Origin: Devosia sp. | GTDB taxonomy: Bacteria; Pseudomonadota; Alphaproteobacteria; Rhizobiales; Devosiaceae | Assembly (NCBI RefSeq): GCF_014860165.1 | Contig: NZ_JACZKG010000062.1 | Location: 46,507 to 110,506, forward strand | DNA: 64,000 nt | Direction of reading: 5' to 3' | Part shown: positions 9,455-18,400 of the stretch, in pieces | Position numbering within the stretch: position 1 is the first letter of the stretch | Layout of the letters: the number at the start of each line of letters is the position of its first letter | Program-made: the position numbers and the translations under genes | Notes under the pieces: generated by a model | Database searches by the model: none | Told to the model about the DNA's origin: nothing | What the model saw: the letters and a program-made list of their open reading frames with translations, nothing else

Positions 9455-9688
9455 TTACTCTTCCGGCGCCGTGTTCGCCTCGAGCCAGGCTTCGATCTCG
9501 TCCAGGCTCGCCGAGAACGGCTTGGGCACATTGCCGTAGAGTATCTTGAAGCTCTCGTCGCGGATCGCATGGCCGCCCGACGTGCCGAGCACTTTCATCT
9601 TGTCGTCGGTCAGAATGGTCAGCCCATACCGCGCCGCATAACGCTTGAGCCGCCGCATCCGCGATACGTCAAATTCCTTACGGCTCAT
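9455..9688 (-). CDS. Hypothetical basic protein (77 aa)
   Basis: MSRKEFDVSRMRRLKRYAARYGLTILTDDKMKVLG...LDEIEAWLEANTAPEE. The ATG lies 13 nt after the GIY-YIG stop. Third positions are G/C-rich. A short hairpin AAGGGC-tgct-GCCCTT overlaps the stop. I recognise no family. Confidence 0.5.
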   Translation of the reverse strand: MSRKEFDVSRMRRLKRYAARYGLTILTDDKMKVLGTSGGHAIRDESFKILYGNVPKPFSASLDEIEAWLEANTAPEE

Positions 9689-9701
9689 AGGTGCCCTTCT
9701 C

Positions 9702-9965
9702 TTAGTTCCCGGCAGAAGTCGCACTTCTACGGATCAGGCGTTTGATGGCAACTGCTTTTCCGGAGCCCGACTTGAAGTAGCCTTCAAGCTCCCGGGCATG
9801 ATCCTCAGTCTCAACTGCGACGTAAGACCTTAGAATGGCCGGTTGGTGGGCCTTCGTCGACGTCACTTGGCCGTCCCTGTGCGAAGCGAAGCGTCGCTTC
9901 AGGTCGTTGGTGGAACCGACGTAGATGTCGCTATTGGCCAACTCAAGGAAGTAGACGTACCACAT
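9702..9965 (-). CDS. GIY-YIG nuclease family protein (stand-alone URI domain, 87 aa)
   Basis: MWYVYFLELANSDIYVGSTNDLKRRFASH matches the GIY..YIG..R core. I chose the internal ATG because the upstream extension overlaps the tRNA-proximal hairpin. Confidence 0.8.
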   Translation of the reverse strand: MWYVYFLELANSDIYVGSTNDLKRRFASHRDGQVTSTKAHQPAILRSYVAVETEDHARELEGYFKSGSGKAVAIKRLIRRSATSAGN

Positions 9966-10063
9966 AGTCGGACTGTCCCCCTGCGCGGCATGCCGCTTCG
10001 GGCGATCACCCTGCGCCTTTAGTCTCCGGGTGGCCAGCCACCCGAAGCCCAAAGGGCGCAGGG

Positions 10064-10153
10064 TGGCGGGTAGAGAGGGATTCGAACCCCCGGAACGCTT
10101 TCACGTTCGCCGGTTTTCAAGACCGGAGCAATCAACCGCTCTGCCATCTACCC
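10064..10153 (-). tRNA. tRNA-Ser (anticodon UGA), 90 nt with a long variable arm and encoded CCA
   Basis: Hand-folded cloverleaf: acceptor GGGTAGA/TCTACCC, anticodon stem CCGGT/ACCGG with loop CTTGAAA, variable arm CGAACGTGAAAGCGTTC, and a GGTTCGAATCC T-arm. Confidence 0.9.
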
Positions 10154-10218
10154 GTTGGGTCTGCGTTTAGCCGGAGAGTAGCGGGCTGTCCAGAGCGGCG
10201 ATTACGCCCTCCCACCGG

Positions 10219-10294
10219 GTCATTCCCGCGCAGGCGGGAATCCCTGTTTCATTCGGGGTCCGGCAACGGAGATTCCCGCCTGCGCGGGAATGAC
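10219..10294. repeat. 76-bp nested-palindrome element with perfect 24-bp terminal inverted repeats GTCATTCCCGCGCAGGCGGGAATC
   Basis: Each arm is itself a hairpin (TTCCCGC-gcag-GCGGGAA). The element lies between the qor stop and the tRNA-Ser 5' end. Confidence 0.7.
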
Positions 10295-10312
10295 CCAGTG
10301 GCCCGATTGGGG

Positions 10313-11284
10313 TTACGGAATGAGCACCACCGAGCCCGTCGTCTCGCGCCCTTCGAGCGCCCGATGCGCGTCCGCCGCCTCGCTCAGCGGAAAGGTCCGG
10401 CCGATCTCGACCTTGATGGCTCCATCAAGGACCGCTTCGAACAGCTTGCCGGCGCCCTCGAGCAGGTCTTCGCGCTTGCCCAGGTAATGCGTGCCGGTGG
10501 GTCGCGTCACGTAGAGCGAGCCTTTTCGCGACAGCAGGGTAATGTCGGGGATGGACACCACGCCCGAGGCATTGCCGAAGCTGACCATCAGCCCGCGCGG
10601 CCTGAGGCAATCGAGCGATTTCTCGAATGTCGTCTTGCCGACCCCGTCATAGACCACGTCGACGCCCCTGCCCCCGGTCAGTTCGCGCACGCGGACGGCG
10701 AAATCCTCGCTGTTGTAGTTGATCACGTGGTGGCAGCCATGCGCCTTGGCCAGCGCCACCTTTTCGTCGCTGCCGGCGGTGCCGATGACGGTGGCGCCGA
10801 GGGCCCTGGCCCATTGCGTGGCGATCAGCCCGGTGCCGCCCGCTGCCGCGTGCCAGAGGATGGTCTCGCCTTTGGCGAGCGCCCAGGTCTTGAACAGCAG
10901 GTAATAGGCCGTCAGCCCCTTGAGCATGATGGCCGCCGCGACGCGGTCGTCGATGCCATCGGGGACGGGCACCATGCGGTCGGCCGAGGCGATCCGATCG
11001 GTCGCATAGGCACCCACATGCCCCTGATAGGCGACGCGGTCACCGACCTTGAGTCCGGTCACCCCCTCGCCCAGCGCGGTGATGATCCCGGCGCCTTCAT
11101 TGCCCGCGACGAAGGGCAGTTGTACCGGATAGAGGCCCGAGCGCTGGTAGGTGTCGACAAAATTGAGCCCGATGGCCGTCTGCCGCAAAGCCACCTCCCC
11201 CGGTCCGGGGCTGGCCAGCGGCCAGTCCTCGTAGCTCAGGACCTCAGGGCCGCCCTGTTGGCGGACGATGACGGCCTTGGTCAC
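10313..11284 (-). CDS. qor: NADPH:quinone oxidoreductase (zinc-type alcohol dehydrogenase superfamily)
   Basis: 323 aa; GVNFVDTYQRSGLYP-like (IGLNFVDTYQRSGLYP) and AAGGTG nucleotide-binding motifs. The GTG start overlaps the TerC-family stop. Confidence 0.85.
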   Translation of the reverse strand: MTKAVIVRQQGGPEVLSYEDWPLASPGPGEVALRQTAIGLNFVDTYQRSGLYPVQLPFVAGNEGAGIITALGEGVTGLKVGDRVAYQGHVGAYATDRIASADRMVPVPDGIDDRVAAAIMLKGLTAYYLLFKTWALAKGETILWHAAAGGTGLIATQWARALGATVIGTAGSDEKVALAKAHGCHHVINYNSEDFAVRVRELTGGRGVDVVYDGVGKTTFEKSLDCLRPRGLMVSFGNASGVVSIPDITLLSRKGSLYVTRPTGTHYLGKREDLLEGAGKLFEAVLDGAIKVEIGRTFPLSEAADAHRALEGRETTGSVVLIP

Positions 11285-12180
11285 TTCGGCGTCCTGGGCT
11301 TGCGGGGGGCCGACTTCGGCCGGGCCTGGGCCCGTGCCGTCGGGGTGCTCTTGGGGCTGGGGCGCTTGCCGGTGACGGCCGCGATGCCGTCGGCCGACGA
11401 GACCGAGCCGGTGTCACCGGTGAACGGGGTGAAACCGGGTTTGGCAGCCTTGCCGCCCAGCTTGCGCTGCTTGGCGATGATGTTGATCGCCTCGACCAGC
11501 ACCGAGAAGCCCATGGCGGCATAGATGTAGCCCTTGGGAATGTGGAAGCCCAGGCCATCGGCCACCAGCGACACGCCGATCAGCAGCAGGAAGGCCAGCG
11601 CCAGCATCTTGGTGGTCGGATGGTCGGCGACGAACTTGGCGACCGGACCGGAGGCCACGAACATCACGCCAACGGCCACGATGACGGCGGCGATCATCAC
11701 CTCGACATTGTCGGCCATGCCAACTGCCGTGACGATCGAGTCGATCGAAAACACCATGTCGATGATGATGATCTGGCCGATAATGGCGGCGAAGACCGCG
11801 CTGGCCTTCTGCGCCATATCGTTCTCGTGCGGCTCTTCGATCGCCGCATGCATTTCGTGCGTCGCCTTGTAGACGAGGAAGGCACCACCCGCGATCAGGA
11901 TCAGGTCCTTCCACGACAGGTCGAGCCCAAAGGCCGAGATGGCCGGCTGGGTGAGGCTGATGATCCAGGAAATGACCAGAAGCAGCAGGATGCGGAAGAT
12001 CAGTGCCAGCGCCAGCCCGATCTGGCGGGCGCGGTCGGCCTGCTCCTTGGGCAGGCGCGACACCAGCACCGAAATGAAGACGATGTTGTCGATACCCAGC
12101 ACGATTTCCATGATCGTGAGGGTACCAAAGGCGATCCAGGCATTGGGATCGGCCAAAAGCTCAAGCATTGTCGGCTCCAT
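11281..12180 (-). CDS. TerC-family integral membrane protein with a Lys/Pro/Ala-rich C-terminal tail
   Basis: IMEIVLGIDNIVFISVL and IIIIDMVFSIDSIVTAVG, the duplicated TerC motifs. The ~60-aa tail is basic and low-complexity. Confidence 0.85.
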   Translation of the reverse strand: MEPTMLELLADPNAWIAFGTLTIMEIVLGIDNIVFISVLVSRLPKEQADRARQIGLALALIFRILLLLVISWIISLTQPAISAFGLDLSWKDLILIAGGAFLVYKATHEMHAAIEEPHENDMAQKASAVFAAIIGQIIIIDMVFSIDSIVTAVGMADNVEVMIAAVIVAVGVMFVASGPVAKFVADHPTTKMLALAFLLLIGVSLVADGLGFHIPKGYIYAAMGFSVLVEAINIIAKQRKLGGKAAKPGFTPFTGDTGSVSSADGIAAVTGKRPSPKSTPTARAQARPKSAPRKPRTPK

Positions 12181-12352
12181 TTCGAGTCAGTTCATGCGCA
12201 ACCTAAGCGCTGCTTGGCGTGTAGGAAAGCAGGATTGGCAGAGTTTTCCTCGCGTTGGCGTGCTGGCGGCACAAAGTCGCTGCTCCGGCGCTGGCTTCGG
12301 CGCGGCCACGGATGATAGCCTTGGCACCAACCTGTTTTTGCGAGTGACATCA

Positions 12353-12805
12353 ATGGAATCTTTCACGCCGCTCACCGCCACGCTCGGCGGCGCCCTTATC
12401 GGTCTTGCCACGGCGGTGCTGTGGTTGGGCAATGGCCGCATTGCCGGCATTTCCGGTATTTTCGGCCAGTTGCTGCCGCCGGCCCAGACCGTGGTCTGGC
12501 GCCTGGTGTTCCTGGTGGCGCTGGTCGCGGCGACCTTTGCCGCCGCGCGGCTGTTTCCCGGCCTCGGGGCGGGCGGCGACAGCCCTGCCCGGCTGGTCGA
12601 GGCGCCCGCTGCATGGGGCGTACCGACCCCGGTCTGGCTGGCGGTTGCGGGCCTGTTGACCGGGCTCGGCACCAAGATCGGCAATGGCTGCACCTCCGGC
12701 CACGGGGTTTGCGGGCTGGCGCGCCTGTCGCTGCGCTCGCTGGTCGCCACGCTGGTGTTCTTAGGGGTGGCGGTTATCACCGTCGCCGTGACGGGAGTGG
12801 TATGA
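12353..12805 (+). CDS. YeeE/YedE-family (sulfur-transport-like) membrane protein, small form
   Basis: MESFTPLTATLGGALIGLATAVLWLGNGRIAGISGI and GNGCTSGHGVCGLARLS motifs. I chose the internal ATG at 12353; the track ORF extends upstream through the TerC-family gene. Confidence 0.7.
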   Translation: MESFTPLTATLGGALIGLATAVLWLGNGRIAGISGIFGQLLPPAQTVVWRLVFLVALVAATFAAARLFPGLGAGGDSPARLVEAPAAWGVPTPVWLAVAGLLTGLGTKIGNGCTSGHGVCGLARLSLRSLVATLVFLGVAVITVAVTGVV

Positions 12806-13266
12806 TGGCCAATCTCAAGCTGCCCTATCTTGCCACTGCAGCCCTCAGCGGCGCGCTGTTCGGCGCCGGGCTCTACGTCTCGCAGATGGTCGATCCGCTC
12901 AAGGTGCTGCGCTTCCTCGCCATCCCTGCCGGCGGCTGGGACCCGAGCCTGGCTTTCGTCATGGGTGCCGCCCTCATCGTCATGTTCATCGCCGTCCAGC
13001 TCGGCAAGCGCCGCAGCGCGCCGCTGTTCGACGTGGCGTTCCACGAACCGGAATATCGCAAGGTCGACCGTCGCCTCGTCGGTGGCGCGGCCCTGTTCGG
13101 CATCGGCTGGGGCATGGCCGGCATCTGCCCGGGTCCGGCGATCTCGCTGATCGCCTTCCTGCCGGACAATTTGTGGATCTTCCTCGTCGCCATGTTCGCC
13201 GGCTCGCTCGCCGGCAGCGTCGTCATACCGAGCGGCCATGCCCGCCGACTGGCGGACGCGCAATGA
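12802..13266 (+). CDS. YeeE/YedE-like membrane protein (second half-size partner)
   Basis: MMANLKLPYLATAALSGALFGAGLYVSQMVDPLKVLRFL...GWGMAGICPGPA. The ATG overlaps the preceding stop. Confidence 0.65.
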   Translation: MMANLKLPYLATAALSGALFGAGLYVSQMVDPLKVLRFLAIPAGGWDPSLAFVMGAALIVMFIAVQLGKRRSAPLFDVAFHEPEYRKVDRRLVGGAALFGIGWGMAGICPGPAISLIAFLPDNLWIFLVAMFAGSLAGSVVIPSGHARRLADAQ

Positions 13267-14411
13267 GCGACGCTGACGCCATTGTCGTGGGTGGTGGCCT
13301 GGCGGGCGTCGCCGCGGCCATTGCCGTGGCCAAGGCGGGGCTCAAGACCATCCACCTGGCGCCGTCTGGCCCTCCTGATCGCCGCACTTCGGCGCTGATG
13401 ATGCCCAGCGTCGACTATCTCCGCGGCGCCGGGCTGATCGACGACCCCGCCGCCCTTGGCCACGCCCTGACGCAGATCCGCATCATCGATGCCACCGGTC
13501 GGCTGATCCGCGCGCCCGAAACCCTGTTCGACGCCAGCGAAGCCGGCATGGAAGCCTTCGGCTGGAACTTTGCCAATGTCCGGCTGATGGAGCGTTTCCA
13601 CGCCGCGGCGGCGACGCTGGGCAATCTCGAAACCCGCAATGTCGGCGTTACCGAACTCAGCGGAAACACCGTCACCCTGGCTGACGGCACCCGCCTCTCT
13701 GCACCGCTGATTGTCGGCGCCGATGGCAAGAAATCCCTGGTTCGCGCCGCGGCAGGCCTGCATGCCCGCGAGACAGCTTTCGCGCAGGCCGCGCTGGTCT
13801 GCGACCTCGATCTCGGTCGCCCCATTGGCGGCACCTCCATCGAGTTTCATTATCCGAAGGGACCGTTCACGCTGGTGCCGGCCGGCGGTAACAGGGCCAA
13901 TCTGGTGTGGATCGACGACCGCGCCGTGCTCGAGGCCGCCAAGGGTGGGGGCGAAGCGGCGCTGCTCGCTACGTTCATGGACAAGTCCCAGCGCCTGTTC
14001 GGCGCCATCACGCTGGCGAGCCCGGCCTTCGTCTTTCCGCTCAGCACGCTCAGCGTCGACCGCGCCGGGGCCGATGGGGTCGTGCTGGTGGGGGAAGCCG
14101 CGCATGCCTTCCCGCCCATCGGCGCGCAGGGGCTCAATCTGGGCCTGCGCGATGTTGCCGACCTGGCGGCGTCGCTGGCCGCCGCCAACCGAAGCGCGCC
14201 CGATTGGGCCATCGCGGTCAGCCGCGACTATGCGATCAGGCGTGTCGGCGACCTCGGCCGCACCGGTGGCATGGTGGATACCCTGTTCCGCTCGCTGCTG
14301 GCCGACATGCTGCCGGCCCAGGCGCTGCGCGCCGGCGGCCTCTGGGCCCTCAAGCTGGCGCCAGCCCTGCGCAAGCAGGCTTTTGCCGTGGGCATGGGGA
14401 CGCGGGCCTAG
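13263..14411 (+). CDS. FAD-dependent monooxygenase, UbiH/UbiF/VisC/COQ6 family
   Basis: MSDADAIVVGGGLAGVAAAIAVAKAG (a GxGxxG Rossmann fold), GADGKKSLVR and VLVGEAAHAFPPIGAQGLNLGLRD motifs. Confidence 0.8.
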   Translation: MSDADAIVVGGGLAGVAAAIAVAKAGLKTIHLAPSGPPDRRTSALMMPSVDYLRGAGLIDDPAALGHALTQIRIIDATGRLIRAPETLFDASEAGMEAFGWNFANVRLMERFHAAAATLGNLETRNVGVTELSGNTVTLADGTRLSAPLIVGADGKKSLVRAAAGLHARETAFAQAALVCDLDLGRPIGGTSIEFHYPKGPFTLVPAGGNRANLVWIDDRAVLEAAKGGGEAALLATFMDKSQRLFGAITLASPAFVFPLSTLSVDRAGADGVVLVGEAAHAFPPIGAQGLNLGLRDVADLAASLAAANRSAPDWAIAVSRDYAIRRVGDLGRTGGMVDTLFRSLLADMLPAQALRAGGLWALKLAPALRKQAFAVGMGTRA

Positions 14412-14426
14412 CTCGAACATCGCAGT

Positions 14427-14539
14427 ACCCCCTCCTGCCCTCCCCCTGATAGGGGGAGGAACAGATCGCGTTTGGGGCATTATCACTGACAGCCACCAGC
14501 CGGATTCCTCCCCCTATCAGGGGCAGGTTAGGTGGGGGT
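14427..14539. repeat. 113-bp MITE/REP-like element with 35-bp imperfect terminal inverted repeats, each containing CTCCCCCT(G/A)ATAGGGGGAG
   Basis: The left arm (14427-14461) and the reverse complement of the right arm (14505-14539) match at 31 of 35 positions by hand alignment. The element lies between convergent genes. Confidence 0.65.
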
Positions 14540-14550
14540 ATCCGCTCAAA

Positions 14551-14580
14551 CAAAAAAAGAGGCGCGGTTTCCCGCGCCCC
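14551..14580 (-). terminator. Rho-independent terminator of the IalB-like gene
   Basis: On the minus strand, GGCGCGG-gaaa-CCGCGCC is followed by TCTTTTTTTG, 25 nt after the stop. Confidence 0.7.
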
Positions 14581-14604
14581 TCCACATTCCAAATGCCTCG
14601 ACCC

Positions 14605-15327
14605 TTACTGGGCCGGCGGGGTCTCGCCTTCGGCCGGGGGCGTGCCCTCGGCGGGAGCGGTGCCGCCGTCGAGCTGGCGGCGCAGTTCTTCGGCGCGATC
14701 CTGCAGCACCTGCTCAAGGGCGTTCTCGCCCGAGGTTTCCTGGCGGAATTCCTCGAAGGTCAACGCGGCATCGCCATCATAGGCGGCGGTGAAGCCGGCC
14801 AGGGTGATCTCGATGGTCAGGTCCTGGTTCTGGCGGTTCTTTGCGGTGAGCTTGAGCACGCCGCCCTTCTTGAGCGAGTTCACATACTGCTCGTTGATCA
14901 CCAGCTGGGTGGCGCAGGACGTGGGGTCGCACAGCATATAGGGCACACGGATCGGCTTGGCGCCGTCGATCTGCCAGGTCAGGCCGAACGGCAGCAGCAC
15001 GCCGAGCGGCACGGCGGCAACCGCCAGCAGGCGGCTTTCCTGGCCCGGATCGTCACGCAGCAGGAACGAACCGAGGAACTGGCCGTTGGCCAGCACCACC
15101 TGGCGCATGATGCAGGCCTTCTGGCCGTCGGGCAGCGGATCGCAGACCTTGAGCCAGTTGGTGCTGCCAGCGGCGGCATCGGCCGGCGTCGCAGCAGCGG
15201 CGTCAGCGGCAGGCGCTTCGGCAGCTGGGGCCTCGGCGGGAGTGGCCTCCTGTGCGTAGGCCGACAAGGGGGACAGCATGAGCGCGGCCACCGCAAAACC
15301 GGCGACGAGAGGTTTCCTGAGGTTCAT
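14605..15327 (-). CDS. Invasion-associated locus B (IalB) family protein, secreted
   Basis: Signal peptide MNLRKPLVAGFAVAALMLSPLSAYAQ and an Ala/Pro/Glu low-complexity linker. The core WLKVCDP...CIMRQ...PYMLCDPTSC is typical of IalB-like proteins. Confidence 0.75.
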   Translation of the reverse strand: MNLRKPLVAGFAVAALMLSPLSAYAQEATPAEAPAAEAPAADAAAATPADAAAGSTNWLKVCDPLPDGQKACIMRQVVLANGQFLGSFLLRDDPGQESRLLAVAAVPLGVLLPFGLTWQIDGAKPIRVPYMLCDPTSCATQLVINEQYVNSLKKGGVLKLTAKNRQNQDLTIEITLAGFTAAYDGDAALTFEEFRQETSGENALEQVLQDRAEELRRQLDGGTAPAEGTPPAEGETPPAQ

Positions 15328-15471
15328 AGAATTTCCTTGGCTTCTTTGGCGGTCCCGGTGACTTCTGGCACCTTGAGAATTGAACTGCCCTTCAAGTGCT
15401 GAATTCGGGCAATAACATGACCGATACAGCTTGCCAAAGCATTATGGCAGGACAGGGTTGATACGCCCCGC

Positions 15472-18400
15472 TCAGGACGCATTTTCGGCCAGTTTTGCAA
15501 GGCGCGACAGGATTGCCGCCGCGCCCTTGAGCCGGTCATTGGGCGTGGGCCAATTGCGGGCGAACACGAGTTTCTGATCGGGCTTGATGCGAACCTGGTT
15601 GGCGGGGTCGCTCACGAGCCGCACCAGGGCCGTCGGATTGGGGAACTCGTTGTTTCGCAGGCTGATGACCGCACCCTTGGGGCCGGCATCCACCTTTTCG
15701 ACATTGGCCTGGCGGCACAGCGCCTTGACCAGGATAACCTTGAGCAGCGCCTCGACCTCTTCGGGCAGAGGACCGAAACGGTCGATCAGCTCGGCGCCGG
15801 CAGCGTCGATGTCGCGGATATCGGTCAGGTCGCCCAGGCGCCGATACAGCTGCATGCGCAGCTGCAGGTCGGGGATATAGTGCTCGGGGATCATCACCGG
15901 CATGCCCAGCGAGATCTGCGGGCTCCACTCGTTGCGATCCTCGTATTCCTCATCGCCGCTCTTGAGGTTGGCCACCGCCTCTTCCAGCATGGCCTGGTAG
16001 AGTTCGTAGCCCACCTCGCGGATATGGCCCGACTGCTCATCGCCCAGCAGGTTCCCTGCCCCGCGAATATCGAGGTCGTGGCTGGCGAGCTGGAAGCCAG
16101 CCCCCAGGCTTTCCAGCGATTGCAGCACGCCCAGCCGGCGTTCGGCGGTGTCGGTCAGCTTGCGATCGGGCGGCACGGTGAACAGCGCATAGGCGCGCTG
16201 CTTGGCCCGGCCGATGCGGCCGCGTATCTGGTAGAGCTGGGCGAGGCCAAAGTGATCGGCGCGATGAACGATCAGTGTATTGGCATTGGGGATGTCGAGC
16301 CCCGATTCGACGATGGTCGTCGCCACCAGCACGTCGAACTTGTTGTCGTAGAAGGCATTCATGATGTCATCGAGCTCGCCCGGCGCCATCTGGCCGTTGG
16401 CAACGACAAACGACACCTCGGGCACCTGCGCCTTGAGGAACTCGGCAATCTCGTGCTGGTCGGCGATGCGCGGCACCACGTAGAAGCTCTGCCCGCCGCG
16501 ATACTTCTCGCGCAGCAGCGCCTCGCGCACCGATAGCGCGTCGAAGGGCGAGATGAAGGTGCGGATGGCGAGGCGATCCACCGGCGGCGTCGCCAGGAGG
16601 CTGAGGTCACGAACGCCGGTCAGCGCCAGTTGCAGCGTGCGCGGAATCGGCGTCGCCGTCAGCGTCAGCACGTGCACATTGGCCTTGAGTTCCTTAAGCC
16701 GCTCCTTGTGGCCCACGCCGAAGTGCTGCTCTTCGTCGATGATCAGCAGCCCCAAATCCTTGAACCGAATCGTCTTGCTCAGCAGCGCATGGGTGCCGAC
16801 CACGATATCGACCTGCCCGTCCGCCAGACCTTCCTTGGTCGCCTTCAATTCCGCGGCGCTCACCATGCGCGAGGCATGGCGTACCCGGACCGGCAGGCCC
16901 TTGAAGCGTTCCGAGAAGGTCTTGAAATGCTGGCGAGCCAGCAGCGTCGTCGGCACGACGACCGCGACCTGCTTGCCCGATAGCGCCACCGCAAAGGCCG
17001 CGCGCAGGGCCACCTCGGTCTTGCCGAAGCCCACGTCGCCGCAGACCAGCCGATCCATGACGCGGCCGGAGGTCACGTCATCGAACACCGCCTCGATGGC
17101 CGCCATCTGGTCCTCGGTTTCCTCATAGGGGAAGCGCGCGGCGAATTCGTCATAAGCGCCGGCATTGATCTCGACCACGTCCGCCCGGGTGAGCAGGCGC
17201 GCTGCCGCGATCTTGATGAGCTGCTCCGCCATCTCGCGGATGCGCTTCTTGAGCTTGCCCTTCTTGGCCTGCCAGGCGACGCCGCCCAGCTTGTCGAGCG
17301 TCACATGGCCGTCGTCGCTGCCATAGCGCGTCAGCAGCTCGATATTTTCGACCGGCAGGTAGAGCTTGGTATCGCCGCCATATTCGAGTTCGACGCATTC
17401 ATGCGGCGCGCCGCCGGCCTCGATCACCTTGAGCCCGATGAAGCGGCCGATACCGTGATCGACATGGACCACCAGGTCCCCGGCATTGAGGCTTGCCGCT
17501 TCGGTCAGAGCATCGGAGGCCTTCTTCTTGCGCTGGGGCCGCAGGATGCGTTCGCCCAGGATATCCTGCTCGGACAGAACCAGCAGGTCCTTGGTCTCGA
17601 AGCCCGTTTCGAGCGGCAGCACCACCAGCGAAGTGGTGGCGGCGCTGGTCGTCTCGGCATCGCGCCAGTTCTCGGCAAGGCGCGGATTGGTCAGACCATG
17701 GTCCTTGAGCACCTGCACCATGCGGTCGCGGGTGCCCGTGCTCCAGCAGGCAATGACGGCGCGCCGCCCGTTGCGGCGCTCGGCCAGCAGCCGGTCGACC
17801 ACAGACTGGAATAGGTTGGTATCGGTCGCCTGCCGCTCCGCGGCAAAGCTGGGGGCGATATGGCCCCCGGCATCGTCCACGGCCTTGGTGCCCGGCGCCA
17901 TAAACTGGCTGAGCTGGATAACCGATGCGCCTGATAGCGCATAGGGATGCGCGTCGACGGCATAGAGCAGCTCCGGCTTGACCGGCTTGTAGGGCGCGCC
18001 GGACCCGGCGACTACCGGGGCCAGGCGCGCCGCCTCGCGCGCCTCGTAATAGTCGCGCACCTGCGTAACGCGGTCGGCATAGGCCTCGGCGGCCTGCTCG
18101 TCGAAGACGAACGGCGCATCGCCGACATAGTCGGCCAGCGTATCGAGATGCTCGTAGAAGAAGGGGAGCCAGTGCTCGGTGCCCGAATAGCGCGAGCCGC
18201 CGCTGACCGACGCATAAAGCGTATCGTCGACCGTGTTGCCACCGAAGGTCGCGGTATAGTTCTGCCGAAACCGCCGGATGGTCTCGTCCGTCAGCACCAC
18301 CTCGCTCATCGGCGTCAGGTCGACGCGCTTGAGCTGGCCGGTCGTGCGCTGGCTGTCAGGATCAAACGTACGAATCGACTCCAGCTGGCTACCGAAGAAG

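Noticed and set aside
9049-9570. 173-aa minus-strand ORF in the track
   Set aside because: The translation is extremely Arg-rich (RRRRRRRRNHRSPGNRR...), which is implausible. It overlaps the better-supported 58-aa and 77-aa ORFs in other frames.
9159-9688. Type II toxin-antitoxin pair (77-aa basic plus 58-aa acidic protein)
   Set aside because: The two ORFs are separated by 119 nt with a hairpin between them rather than being overlapping or coupled. Neither shows motifs of a known TA family that I can recognise.
9030-10300. Classical tRNA-integrated genomic island at tRNA-Ser
   Set aside because: There is no integrase or recombinase, and I could find no direct repeat of the tRNA 3' end at the far boundary. 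The pocket is only ~1 kb. I kept it as a small-gene pocket finding, not as a mobile element call.
12181-12352. Possible yybP-ykoY (Mn2+) riboswitch upstream of the TerC-family gene
   Set aside because: TerC-family genes are frequent riboswitch targets. Reading the minus-strand leader, however, I find no GGGGAGUAG-type conserved core or matching four-helix arrangement. Only an Infernal scan could settle it.
12873-14486. Long opposite-strand or alternative-frame ORFs. Examples are 673-2064(-), 3542-4621(-), 7426-8556(+), 10298-11524(+), 12187-13263(-), 12873-14486(-), 23376-24869(+), 27119-28501(+), 43431-44525(-), 48997-50397(-) and 53687-54697(-).
   Set aside because: Each overlaps a gene with clear family motifs on the other strand or frame and shows Arg/Gly/Ala/Pro-dominated translations. 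This is a high-G+C artefact.
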